Source: Candidatus Levyibacteriota bacterium
Lineage (GTDB): Bacteria > Patescibacteriota > Microgenomatia > Levybacterales > UBA12049
DNA length: 64,000 bases
Direction of reading: 5' to 3'
Assembly: GCA_029260965.1 (NCBI GenBank)
Contig: JAJDCG010000001.1
Location: 376,012 to 440,011, forward strand
The notes under the pieces are model-generated. The model was not told where the DNA came from. It searched no databases and saw only the letters and a program-made list of their open reading frames with translations. Of this stretch, positions 9,420 to 18,757 are shown piece after piece; position 1 is the stretch's first letter; each line of letters starts with the position of its first letter. The position numbers and the translations under genes were made by a program.

Positions 9420-10661
9420 ATGAAAGTACGAACCCGTATCCCCCCAAGTCCAACAGGAATACCACATATAGGAAATACAAGGACTGCACTTTTTAATTAT
9501 CTTTTTACTAAAGCACAGGGCGGTGAATTAATCCTGAGAATAGAGGATACTGATAGAGCTAGATTTGTACCTGAGGCAGAAAAGGCGATTGTTGAAATAC
9601 TGGAGTGGTTGGGTATCAAGTATAGTCCAAAAGTTGAAAGACAGTCAGAGAGGCTTGAGATATATAAACAGCATGCAGAGATCTTGAAAAACAAAAAATT
9701 AGCGTATACAGATCAAGGCGCTCTGAGATATAGGATGCCCAAAACAGGATCGACTAAATGGACTGATGCAATAGGAAATAAAGATATTACTTTTGAAAAT
9801 AAGACTCAAGAAGATTTCGTAATCATAAAATCTGACGGTTTTCCTACATATAATTTTGCAAATGTGGTGGATGATCATCTAATGGATATAACTCATGTAC
9901 TACGTGGTGAAGAATTTATTTCGTCTACACCCAAGCATATTCAGCTTTATAGAGCATTTGGTTGGGAGCTACCAGTTTTTGCACACCTACCTGTAATTTT
10001 AGGCAATGATCATCAAAAACTTTCCAAGAGGCATGGTGCTAAGTCAGCACTTGACTATAGAGATGAGGGATATCTCAAAGATGCTTTGCTTAATTACATG
10101 GTGCTTCTTGGATGGAATCCTGGTGGTGATCGCGAGATAATGTCGATTAATGAGATGATACAAATTTTTGATTTGAAGGATATTAATACGACAAGTCCTA
10201 TTTTTGATTCGCTAAAGCTAACATGGATGAATCAGGAATATATTCAAAAGAAGACAGATGCAGAATTGAAAGATCTATTGGTTGAATATTATTCTGATTT
10301 AAAAGCTTTACAATCCGATGTTTTTGATAAAATAATTCCACTTGTTAAGACAAGAATTAAGACGCTTGCGGAATTTAAAGAACTCACAGAAATATTTTTT
10401 ATTAATTCGATCAATTGGGATCTTATTGATCAAGAAATGGAAATAGCAAAATCAACACTCACAGATTTAAAGGAGTTAAGGGACTGGAATAAAGATAAAC
10501 TTTTTGCAATAATGAAAGTGCACATGGAAAGAAAAAAAATAAAAATGAAAGTCTTTTATAAAATGTTTACAGGTAGGGAAAGAGGCCTTCCGTTGCCAGA
10601 GACACTTGAGATACTGGGAAGGGAAAAGACTATAAATATTTTAGAAAGTTTAATCAAATGA
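9420..10661 (+). CDS. gltX: Glutamyl-tRNA synthetase (compact form)
   Basis: RIPPSPTG, HIGN (HIGH), LRIEDTD, ITHVLRGEE and KLSKR (KMSKS) motifs. Confidence 0.95.
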   Translation: MKVRTRIPPSPTGIPHIGNTRTALFNYLFTKAQGGELILRIEDTDRARFVPEAEKAIVEILEWLGIKYSPKVERQSERLEIYKQHAEILKNKKLAYTDQGALRYRMPKTGSTKWTDAIGNKDITFENKTQEDFVIIKSDGFPTYNFANVVDDHLMDITHVLRGEEFISSTPKHIQLYRAFGWELPVFAHLPVILGNDHQKLSKRHGAKSALDYRDEGYLKDALLNYMVLLGWNPGGDREIMSINEMIQIFDLKDINTTSPIFDSLKLTWMNQEYIQKKTDAELKDLLVEYYSDLKALQSDVFDKIIPLVKTRIKTLAEFKELTEIFFINSINWDLIDQEMEIAKSTLTDLKELRDWNKDKLFAIMKVHMERKKIKMKVFYKMFTGRERGLPLPETLEILGREKTINILESLIK

Positions 10662-11251
10662 TAAAAATTATTGCCCGTTATTTGTCTCTTATTTTTAACC
10701 CTTTTTTGGTTTTAGTTTTTCTTCCTTTTGTTTTGGTTTATAGAACAACTGATAACGTAGAAACAAGTATTATTTGGACTATTTATACCTTCATATTCTT
10801 TTTGGTGATTGCAGCATTTGTTTTATACAACGTAAAGAAAGGTGTGTTTACAGATATGGATGTTTCAAAACGTCAGCAACGTCCTATTCTTTTTAAGTTT
10901 TTCTTTATTCTCGGTAGTATATATCTTGTAGGATTGTTTCTTTTTGGTGGTCCTGAAATACTTCTATATATAGTCGTGAGCATCATGCTTAGTATTATTG
11001 TTGTTAGTCTTTTGAACAAAAAGATAAAACTAAGTCTTCATGTGGCAACGCTTTCTGCTCTTTTGTCTGCAGTAACCGTCTATTATCGTGGGTATTCATT
11101 TTTTCTTTTATTTTTGATTCCACTGATTGCATGGTCTAGGGTGAAGGTTAAAAGACACTCAGTCGAAGAAACTGTTGTTGGTGCTATAGTGGGAAGTGCT
11201 CTTTCACTCTCTACATATACAATTTTAAAAATGGTGATTTATAATACATGA
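10658..11251 (+). CDS. PAP2-like integral membrane phosphatase
   Basis: Multi-TM protein with KLSLH and WSRVKVKRHSVEETVVG, resembling the PAP2 C2/C3 motifs. Confidence 0.65.
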   Translation: MIKIIARYLSLIFNPFLVLVFLPFVLVYRTTDNVETSIIWTIYTFIFFLVIAAFVLYNVKKGVFTDMDVSKRQQRPILFKFFFILGSIYLVGLFLFGGPEILLYIVVSIMLSIIVVSLLNKKIKLSLHVATLSALLSAVTVYYRGYSFFLLFLIPLIAWSRVKVKRHSVEETVVGAIVGSALSLSTYTILKMVIYNT

Positions 11252-11252
11252 T

Positions 11253-11618
11253 ATGGATATAAAAAAATTTAATAAATCTTTTCATTACGCAATTTCAGGT
11301 ATTGATTATGCACTTAAAAATGATCAAAATTTAGTGATTCATTTTATCGTTTCATTTATCGTAATAATTGCCAGTATTCTTTTTCAAGTTACTGCATTTG
11401 AAATGGGGATTCTTGGAATATCGATGGTAATGGTTGTTATTGCTGAGATGTTAAATACTGCTATAGAGAAAATGGTAGATCTGATAACGCGTGAACATAG
11501 AAATGACGCAAAAATCGCCAAGGATGTCTCATCTGGCATGGTTCTCCTGACAGTAACAGGAGCTGTGATAATTGGCATGTTGGTGTTTTTGCCTCATGTC
11601 TTAAATATTTTTAGATAG
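11253..11618 (+). CDS. dgkA: Diacylglycerol/undecaprenol kinase
   Basis: SFHYAISGI, EMLNTAIEKMVD and AKIAKDVSSG motifs. Confidence 0.92.
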   Translation: MDIKKFNKSFHYAISGIDYALKNDQNLVIHFIVSFIVIIASILFQVTAFEMGILGISMVMVVIAEMLNTAIEKMVDLITREHRNDAKIAKDVSSGMVLLTVTGAVIIGMLVFLPHVLNIFR

Positions 11619-11621
11619 ATC

Positions 11622-12143
11622 ATGTCAAAAAAAATGTATTTTTTAGTTCCATTGGTAATTCTCCTTTCTGGAGGGTCAACACTTATTGGTATAGGTCTTT
11701 ATAAAGAATACACAAAACCCATTGAGGTACATTTGCATGCAGGATTTCAGGTATATGAGGATGGTAAGTTGCAGGATTTTTCAGGATCAGAGTTCATGAA
11801 TGAGAAGCCCTGCAGCATTGATGATGGATCGCCGGTTGATGAGCAGCTAGAGAAGGCGCACCTTCATGATGGTATTGGGGATGTGGTACATGTGCATAGG
11901 GACCATGTTCTATGGAGTGATCTGTTTGATAACCTGGGCTATAGCTTTAGTGTGGGTAAAAAAGTAAGAAGTTTTGTAAACGGTAAAGAAGTGGATGATA
12001 TTCTCAATTTTCCCATAAAACCATATGATAGTATTGTCATTTTTGTAGGAGAAATTGAAAATTTTGAGAAAAAACTTGAGGGTGGAATTTCTAAAGATAG
12101 GATTTTAGAAGCAGAGAATATGCCAGAGAGCTGTGGAAAATAA
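11622..12143 (+). CDS. Membrane-anchored His-rich hypothetical protein
   Basis: N-terminal TM; VHLHAGF and HLHDG..VVHVH motifs; two Cys. Confidence 0.7.
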   Translation: MSKKMYFLVPLVILLSGGSTLIGIGLYKEYTKPIEVHLHAGFQVYEDGKLQDFSGSEFMNEKPCSIDDGSPVDEQLEKAHLHDGIGDVVHVHRDHVLWSDLFDNLGYSFSVGKKVRSFVNGKEVDDILNFPIKPYDSIVIFVGEIENFEKKLEGGISKDRILEAENMPESCGK

Positions 12144-12249
12144 TATTTCAGACCTTTATCTTCTTAGAATATTTTAAAATTATTTATATTTATTCTTTTG
12201 TTACTTAAATTAGATTTTTAGGTGAAGTTTTAGTACAATACTACCTATC

Positions 12250-12320
12250 TCCGGGATCATCTAATGGTAGGATAGCAGACTCTGAATCTGTTCATCTTGG
12301 TTCGAATCCAAGTCCCGGAT
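12250..12320 (+). tRNA. tRNA-Gln(CTG), CCA not encoded
   Basis: Acceptor stem TCCGGGA/TCCCGGA, anticodon arm GCAGA-CTCTGAA-TCTGT, T arm CTTGG-TTCGAAT-CCAAG; TACAAT at 12234-12239. Confidence 0.95.
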
Positions 12321-12432
12321 CAAAAAATAGTATAATTCAAAGATTTAACAGGCAACCTCCTCGCTGTCTCAGGGTAATACATGAATGTTATTTGAAAAAA
12401 TAAGATTTATTAATTTTCCAGATCTGAAGCTA

Positions 12433-13212
12433 TTATTTGATTTTTGTATTAGTTTTAAGTTTATATTCTCCTACTTTAGTTCTCAGGATGTCTAGGGCGA
12501 TTGCACCGTAACCAATTTCTTCTCCCATTTCATTTGTCAGGCTTCTGACGTATGTTCCGCTTGAGCAGGAAATTCTAAATATGGCAACAGTGAAGGTTTG
12601 AGGAGCGTTTTTTTCAAAAAACTCTTCCCACTTTTCCAAAATTTCATTCTGTCTGAAGTCGCCTGTAATTTGATTTATATTTTCAAAAATTCTTTTCTTA
12701 ATTTTCTTGCTTGGGATTTGTTTGATTTCCAATAATTCAAAATTGTAGATTTCAATTTCTTTTGTTGGGATTTTTATTTCACCCAATCTTTTCTCCCGTG
12801 CCCATTGGAAAAGCGGTTTGCCATTTACTTCCTTTGATGAATAAGGAGGATAGGGTTGGAACTGTTTTCCAATCTTGGATTCTATAAATTTTTTAATGTT
12901 GTTTTTAAGCAGTTTTGAACTATTAGCTATTTTAAAATTAAAACTTTTAATAATTCCAAGAGCATCATAAGTATCTGTAGAAACGCCAAAAAGGACTTCA
13001 AATTCATACTCTTTATCAAGACTCAAATATTTATCTCGATTTTTTGTCTCCGCTCCAATCATCAGGAGTAGTACTCCTTGTGCCATGGGATCAAGCCGGC
13101 CTGCAATTCCTATCTTGATATCCCTATATTTAAGATTCTCTTTTCGAAATTTATCTATTGCCTGAAGCGGTGTTATACCGATTGGTTTGTTAATTTTAAT
13201 TATTTTTCTCAT
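12433..13212 (-). CDS. truB: tRNA pseudouridine(55) synthase-like
   Basis: KPIGITP, AGRLDPMAQGVL, PPYSSK and CSSGTYVRSL motifs. Confidence 0.88.
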   Translation of the reverse strand: MRKIIKINKPIGITPLQAIDKFRKENLKYRDIKIGIAGRLDPMAQGVLLLMIGAETKNRDKYLSLDKEYEFEVLFGVSTDTYDALGIIKSFNFKIANSSKLLKNNIKKFIESKIGKQFQPYPPYSSKEVNGKPLFQWAREKRLGEIKIPTKEIEIYNFELLEIKQIPSKKIKKRIFENINQITGDFRQNEILEKWEEFFEKNAPQTFTVAIFRISCSSGTYVRSLTNEMGEEIGYGAIALDILRTKVGEYKLKTNTKIK

Positions 13213-13253
13213 ATTATTTTTTTATGTTATTGATATAATACATAGAACCAAGA

Positions 13254-14345
13254 ATGTTTGCTGCTATATTTTATTTAATTGTCCTCATTTTCTTGTTTTA
13301 TATTCTTGCAAAAATTTGTGATCAGTATTTTATTCAAAGCCTTGATATTATATCAAGTAAGCTGAATTTATCTCAAAGCGTTGCAGGAGCTAGCTTTATG
13401 GCAATTGGCACTAGTGCTCCAGAGTTCTTTACCTCTGTTATTGCTCTTACAAAAGTTGGATCTGAAAACATAGGAGCAGGCACAATCGTCGGTTCTGCAA
13501 TTTTTAACATACTTGTTATTGTTGGATTTTCCGCAATAGTCTCGACCGCTTTTCTTTCTTGGAAGCCAGTGGTTCGGGATATGGGATTTTACGTTGTCTC
13601 AATTTTAGTTTTATTTTTTACTTTTAATGATGGAATAGTTACGCTTTATGAAGCAAGTATGTATTTAGTAGTATATAGCTTTTATATTTTCATACTTTCA
13701 AAGTGGAGCAAGTGGTTTCCGGAAGTATCAACGATTGACGAGGGAGAAGAATTAGTAAGAGAGATGCAGAGAGAAGACAAGTTGCTTAAAAAAAATTCGA
13801 AGCTTATTTCAAGGATATTGTTATTGATTGATAATCTTCTTTCGTTGTTCTTCCCAGACTTAAATAAAAAACCTCAACTTTTTTGGTTGACCTTTATTGT
13901 TTCAATTTCTTTGATTATTTTATCAAGCTGGGGATTGGTGGAGTCAGCCGTCTCTTTTGCAAACATTGTTGGAATACCTGAGGTTATTGTAGCTCTGACA
14001 ATTTTAGCTGCGGGAACATCAGTTCCTGATTTATTAGCATCAGTCATAGTTGCAAAAAAAGGAAGAGGTGACATGGCAATTAGCAATGCAGTAGGTAGTA
14101 ATACTTTTGATATATTGATTGCTCTTGGATTGCCATGGTTTTTCTATATTGTATATACAGGCAGATCTGTTGTTGTTGGTATAGAAAATTTAACATCTTC
14201 AATCCTTCTTCTTTTCTTTACCGTTGTTGCAATATTTTTTGTTTTATTAGTTCAAAAATTTAAAATAGGGAAAAAGTCTGGTTATTTTCTCGTAGCTTTG
14301 TATATTATGTATGTTTTCTATTCTGTAATTAGTATACAAAGTTAA
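13254..14345 (+). CDS. Ca2+/Na+ (K+-dependent) antiporter, CaCA family
   Basis: Alpha repeats GTSAPE..GSAIFN and GTSVPD..GSNTFD. Confidence 0.92.
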   Translation: MFAAIFYLIVLIFLFYILAKICDQYFIQSLDIISSKLNLSQSVAGASFMAIGTSAPEFFTSVIALTKVGSENIGAGTIVGSAIFNILVIVGFSAIVSTAFLSWKPVVRDMGFYVVSILVLFFTFNDGIVTLYEASMYLVVYSFYIFILSKWSKWFPEVSTIDEGEELVREMQREDKLLKKNSKLISRILLLIDNLLSLFFPDLNKKPQLFWLTFIVSISLIILSSWGLVESAVSFANIVGIPEVIVALTILAAGTSVPDLLASVIVAKKGRGDMAISNAVGSNTFDILIALGLPWFFYIVYTGRSVVVGIENLTSSILLLFFTVVAIFFVLLVQKFKIGKKSGYFLVALYIMYVFYSVISIQS

Positions 14346-14385
14346 CCTCTTCTAATTGCTTCATTAATTGTTGTAAACTATAACA

Positions 14386-16074
14386 ATGGAGATTTTTGTT
14401 GAGGTTGGATTACTTCTTGTTCTTGCGACATTTTCTGCTATTTTGATGCGTGTTCTCAAGCAGCCTCTTATTGTTGGATATATACTTGCTGGAATTGCGG
14501 CGGGACCTTATTTCCTCAACATCCTTCACTCCACAGAGCACATAGAACTTTTTTCCAAACTCGGCATCACAATTCTTCTTTTTATTGTAGGTCTGAATCT
14601 TTCACCAAAAGTAATAAAGGAAGTGGGTAAGGTTTCATTAGTTGGTGGTATAGGACAGATCATTTTTACAACTATGATTGGATTTTCAATTGCCGTATTT
14701 TTAGGAATAGATAAATTGGCTGCGATGTATCTAGCAATTGCCCTTACTTTTAGTAGTACTATTATAGTGCTCAAGCTCCTTTCTGATAGGGGAGATCTGA
14801 ATAAACTCTATGGAAAGATTGCTGTTGGTTTTTTAATAGTTCAGGATATTGTTGCTACTCTAATACTTCTATTCGTTTCAGCTTTTGCAGAGAGTACAGG
14901 TGCAGATGTTGTGAGCATGGCGGGAATTATTTTTGCAAAAGGTGTTTTTCTCCTTGCAGCATTATATGTAATAAGCATTTATATTATACCCAGATTTAGC
15001 AAGTTTCTTGCTAGTTCACAGGAGATTCTTTTCCTTTTTTCTATTAGCTGGGGTGTGGCACTGGCTGGACTTTTCTATGCACTAGGATTGTCAATGGAAA
15101 TAGGCGCACTCGTTGCAGGTGTGGCACTTTCTCTTACGCCATTCTCCTATGAGATTGAGGCACGTCTCAAGCCTCTTAGGGATTTTTTTATAGTGCTTTT
15201 TTTCTTGCTTCTTGGCTCACAGCTGGTACTTGATAATGTATCAGCGATATTTATCCCATCACTTATTCTTTCTCTCTTTGTTTTGATCGGAAATCCTTTT
15301 ATTGTTATTGTTCTCATGAGTGTAATGGGACATAAGAATAAAACTGGATTTATGACAGGTTTGACTGTCGCGCAAATTAGTGAGTTTTCGCTTATTCTTG
15401 CAGCGCTAGGTTTTAGGGTGGGACATGTTTCTCAAGAAGTACTATCAATTGTGACCCTGGTTGGGCTTATTACGATTGCAGGATCAACTTATTTTATTCT
15501 CTATGCGGATAATCTGTACAGAAAGGTCGAAAAACTTTTAAAATTTTTAGAACTTGAAAAAAATACAGCGAGCCTGGGTGCTGACAGCGAAAAATACGAC
15601 ATGTTACTTTTTGGATATGATCGTGTTGGAAGGGATTATGTATCTGCGTTTGAAAAACTAGCAAAACCATATATGGTGATTGATTTTAATCCAGAGTCTA
15701 TTACCCGTCTCAGGAGTGAGAAAATTCCTTATAAATTTGGTGATGCAGAGGACGCTGAGTTTTTGCAGGAGCTACATCTTGGTGATGTTAAGATGGTTGT
15801 TTCGACGTTGCCTGATCTGAGGAGCAATATACTTCTTACAAAATCAATAAGGCTGGTTAATCAAAAAGCTGTTGTCATAGCTCTTTCTCACAATCTTGAG
15901 CAGGCTGAGGAATTGTATGCTGCAGGAGCTACATATGTGGTAATGCCTCACTATATAGGGGCAACATATACTATAGATATGATTTTAAAAAATGAATTAG
16001 ATTTGCAGGGATTTGAAAAAGAGCGCAAAAAACACATGTTGTATATTAAACAAGAAAAAGCAATTAATTTATAA
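14386..16074 (+). CDS. CPA2 (Kef-type) cation/H+ antiporter with C-terminal TrkA-N/RCK domain
   Basis: FSSTIIVLKLL, IVQD, AQISEFS motifs; C-terminal GYDRVG and FGDAED. Confidence 0.92.
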   Translation: MEIFVEVGLLLVLATFSAILMRVLKQPLIVGYILAGIAAGPYFLNILHSTEHIELFSKLGITILLFIVGLNLSPKVIKEVGKVSLVGGIGQIIFTTMIGFSIAVFLGIDKLAAMYLAIALTFSSTIIVLKLLSDRGDLNKLYGKIAVGFLIVQDIVATLILLFVSAFAESTGADVVSMAGIIFAKGVFLLAALYVISIYIIPRFSKFLASSQEILFLFSISWGVALAGLFYALGLSMEIGALVAGVALSLTPFSYEIEARLKPLRDFFIVLFFLLLGSQLVLDNVSAIFIPSLILSLFVLIGNPFIVIVLMSVMGHKNKTGFMTGLTVAQISEFSLILAALGFRVGHVSQEVLSIVTLVGLITIAGSTYFILYADNLYRKVEKLLKFLELEKNTASLGADSEKYDMLLFGYDRVGRDYVSAFEKLAKPYMVIDFNPESITRLRSEKIPYKFGDAEDAEFLQELHLGDVKMVVSTLPDLRSNILLTKSIRLVNQKAVVIALSHNLEQAEELYAAGATYVVMPHYIGATYTIDMILKNELDLQGFEKERKKHMLYIKQEKAINL

Positions 16075-16080
16075 TGTTTT

Positions 16081-16635
16081 ATGAAAAATGCTTTAATTCT
16101 ACATGGTACTGATGCCACTTCAAAAGATCATTGGTTTGTCTGGCTTGGAAAAGAGCTAGAGAAATTAGGGTACGAAGTTTGGATTCCAGACTTGCCAGGT
16201 GCTGATCGTCCAAATGTTAAAAAATACAATGATTTTATCTTATCAAATAAGGAATTTCTTTTTAATAAGGAGACAATAATCGTAGGGCATTCATCAGGGG
16301 CAGTTGAAATATTTGGATTACTACAAGAGCTTAGGGATAAAGTTAAGGCGGTATATTTAATAGGCTCATTCATGAATGATTTGGGTTGGAAATCACTTAG
16401 TTCGCTGTTTGTTGAGCCATTTGATTTTGATCTTATAAAAACAAAATCTGATAAGTTTGTGTTTTTTCATTCTGACGATGATCCGTATTGTCCCCTTGAT
16501 CATGCGAAATTTTTATCAGAAAAAACAGGGGGCGAGCTGATAGTTTTACCTGGGCAAAAACATTTTTCAACTGGTACTGCAGGCGAAAAATATAAAAAAT
16601 TTCCTGAGCTTTTGGAAATGATAAAGGAGTGTTAG
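16081..16635 (+). CDS. Alpha/beta serine hydrolase, YdeN/RBBP9 family
   Basis: LILHG..HWFVWL, GHSSG nucleophile, HSDDDPYCP, KHF. Confidence 0.88.
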   Translation: MKNALILHGTDATSKDHWFVWLGKELEKLGYEVWIPDLPGADRPNVKKYNDFILSNKEFLFNKETIIVGHSSGAVEIFGLLQELRDKVKAVYLIGSFMNDLGWKSLSSLFVEPFDFDLIKTKSDKFVFFHSDDDPYCPLDHAKFLSEKTGGELIVLPGQKHFSTGTAGEKYKKFPELLEMIKEC

Positions 16636-17651
16636 TTCAAAGTTATGGTTTTTTGTAATTTTTTATAGACAGATGACAGGCCGAGTATTATCAGGATAGA
16701 GAGCAGGGTGTATGTCGGTGCCAGATAGATATTGCGAAGTTCTATTATTGTCTCGGATGAGATAAAAAGCATCAAAAAACGGCTGATGTATGAAAATACA
16801 ATGAGATGAAATACAAAAAGAGGCATAGTATTTTTTCCAAGAATTTCTAGAACTCGGTTTGATTGTATTTTTATACTTGCCAGAATAAGAAGGGTTATAG
16901 CGCTGAGTGCAGCCCCGTAAAAAAGAAAATAATCTCCCAGTCTGTTGAGACGTATATCAACCTGTGCTCCTATAAAAGCATAGTTAATACCAGCAGATAA
17001 TAGAAATATTATAATTAGCAGCAATAAACTTCTTGTCATGTGGGTTTTGAAATAGCTAACGAGTTTCTCGGGTAATTCACGCGAGAGAAATCCAAGCCCG
17101 AAGAAGACAACAGCATTCAGTGCAGCCTCAACCCCCCAGGGTAATTTAGTTTTTGGAAGTGCAACAGAGATGGTATAGCCAATGATGGAGATAAGAGCGA
17201 GCGAGAATAAAATATTTTTTTTGTTTTGCAATTTGGCAATATGATAAAAAATTGTTCTGGTTACAAAAAGTGTGGGGAGGAACCAGAGTACTATATTTAT
17301 CGCTAAATAGCCATTGTTGCCGTTGCCATATAAGATTCCATAAGCTTGTTTGGAGAGCAATTCGGCTGTTCTATTGTCCGGTGGGACATTTGAGAGCCAA
17401 AGCGAGTAGGATATTGCAGCGAAAATAAAATAAGGAATCATTATTCGCCGAAAATCTTTTTTTAATGATGCAAAAAAACTTCCATTTTTTCGTGAGTGAA
17501 AAACATATCCTGAGAGAAAGAAAAAAAGTGGCATATGAAAAGAATAGATGAGAAAGCGTGGACTATTGGCAGCCAATCCGTGTCCGTAAATGACAAAAAG
17601 TATAGCAAGACCCCGTGCTACATCAATCCATGAGATTCTAGCATTTTGCAC
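16632..17651 (-). CDS. Acyltransferase-3 family membrane O-acyltransferase
   Basis: RISWIDVARGLAILFVIYGH, IYSFHMPLFFFLSG and WFLPTLF motifs; GTG start. Confidence 0.9.
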   Translation of the reverse strand: MQNARISWIDVARGLAILFVIYGHGLAANSPRFLIYSFHMPLFFFLSGYVFHSRKNGSFFASLKKDFRRIMIPYFIFAAISYSLWLSNVPPDNRTAELLSKQAYGILYGNGNNGYLAINIVLWFLPTLFVTRTIFYHIAKLQNKKNILFSLALISIIGYTISVALPKTKLPWGVEAALNAVVFFGLGFLSRELPEKLVSYFKTHMTRSLLLLIIIFLLSAGINYAFIGAQVDIRLNRLGDYFLFYGAALSAITLLILASIKIQSNRVLEILGKNTMPLFVFHLIVFSYISRFLMLFISSETIIELRNIYLAPTYTLLSILIILGLSSVYKKLQKTITLN

Positions 17652-17717
17652 CTAACTAGTATTCCATGTAATCTGTTGCTCTGTCAATTGTTGGGAGTTT
17701 GTTATAATAAAATAGTT

Positions 17718-18296
17718 ATGTATGTGTGCCCAATGCATTCTGATCAAAAATCAGACAAACCCAGTAAATGCAATAAGTGCGGGATGAATCTTGTTCTTGA
17801 GATAGAGGTCGGAAAAGAAAAGGAAAGCTATTTGCCAATCTATATAATCGTTGCACTGATCGTGGTTGTTTCATTTGTTGTCACTATTTCTGCTGACGCG
17901 GGATTTGATATTTATATTTTTTTGAAAAATTTTATGGCAGGATTTTTCCTCATATTTGCAATGTTCAAGCTGATTGATTTGAAAGGTTTTGCAGAGGGAT
18001 ATGCGACATATGATCTTTTGGCAAAAAGATTTTATAGCTATGGTTATCTTTATCCGTTTATAGAGTTATTTTTTGGTCTTTCAATGATTGCAGAATTTTA
18101 CACAGTAGAGATACTCTGGGCAGAGGTATTTGTTATGATATTTAGCGGAACAGGAGTGTTAATAAAGCTGTTAAATAAAGAAAAATTCCGCTGTGTGTGT
18201 TTGGGAACAGTTCTGAAAGTTCCACTCACAAAGGTAACTCTTGTAGAAGATTTTGGGATGGCGGCTTTAGCAGTTTTGATGATAATTATCTCCTAA
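17718..18296 (+). CDS. Heavy-metal-binding domain fused to a MauE/DoxX-type membrane domain
   Basis: YVCPMH...CNKCGMNL; FAEGYATYDLLA, YPFIEL, CVCLG, LVED. Confidence 0.8.
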   Translation: MYVCPMHSDQKSDKPSKCNKCGMNLVLEIEVGKEKESYLPIYIIVALIVVVSFVVTISADAGFDIYIFLKNFMAGFFLIFAMFKLIDLKGFAEGYATYDLLAKRFYSYGYLYPFIELFFGLSMIAEFYTVEILWAEVFVMIFSGTGVLIKLLNKEKFRCVCLGTVLKVPLTKVTLVEDFGMAALAVLMIIIS

Positions 18297-18757
18297 GATA
18301 TTTTTGTGATTTTGTATTTGAATTTTCCAGTCGGAGTTTCGATCTCTACCTCTTCATTTAGAGACTTTCCTACAATAGCTTTTCCAACAGGAGAAAGAAG
18401 CGAGAGCTTGCCTGCTGAGGGTTCTGCTTCAGTGTCACCTACGATTTGATATGTTTTAGTGCGTTTTCCATCAGTTAGTGTTACCTGGCTTCCTATATAT
18501 ACAGAATCAATTGGGTGAGTAGTCCCATCACGATTAGTTATATCTGCGCGTTTTAAAAGATCAGAAAAGCGTCTCAGTCTGCCGTCGATAAATCCTAGCT
18601 TTTGCTTGGAAGCCTTGTAATAGCCATTTTCCGAGAGGTCTCCGAGCTCACGTGATTTTTTTACATCCTCAATTACGAGTGGTCTTTGTTTGAGGAGCTC
18701 ATTATATTCACCCTTTAATTTATCGTATCCTTCTTTTGTAAATCTAACTTTATTCAT
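18293..18757 (-). CDS. greA: Transcription elongation factor GreA
   Basis: TKEGYDKLKGE, GDLSENGYY and SPVGKAIVGK motifs. Confidence 0.95.
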   Translation of the reverse strand: MNKVRFTKEGYDKLKGEYNELLKQRPLVIEDVKKSRELGDLSENGYYKASKQKLGFIDGRLRRFSDLLKRADITNRDGTTHPIDSVYIGSQVTLTDGKRTKTYQIVGDTEAEPSAGKLSLLSPVGKAIVGKSLNEEVEIETPTGKFKYKITKIS

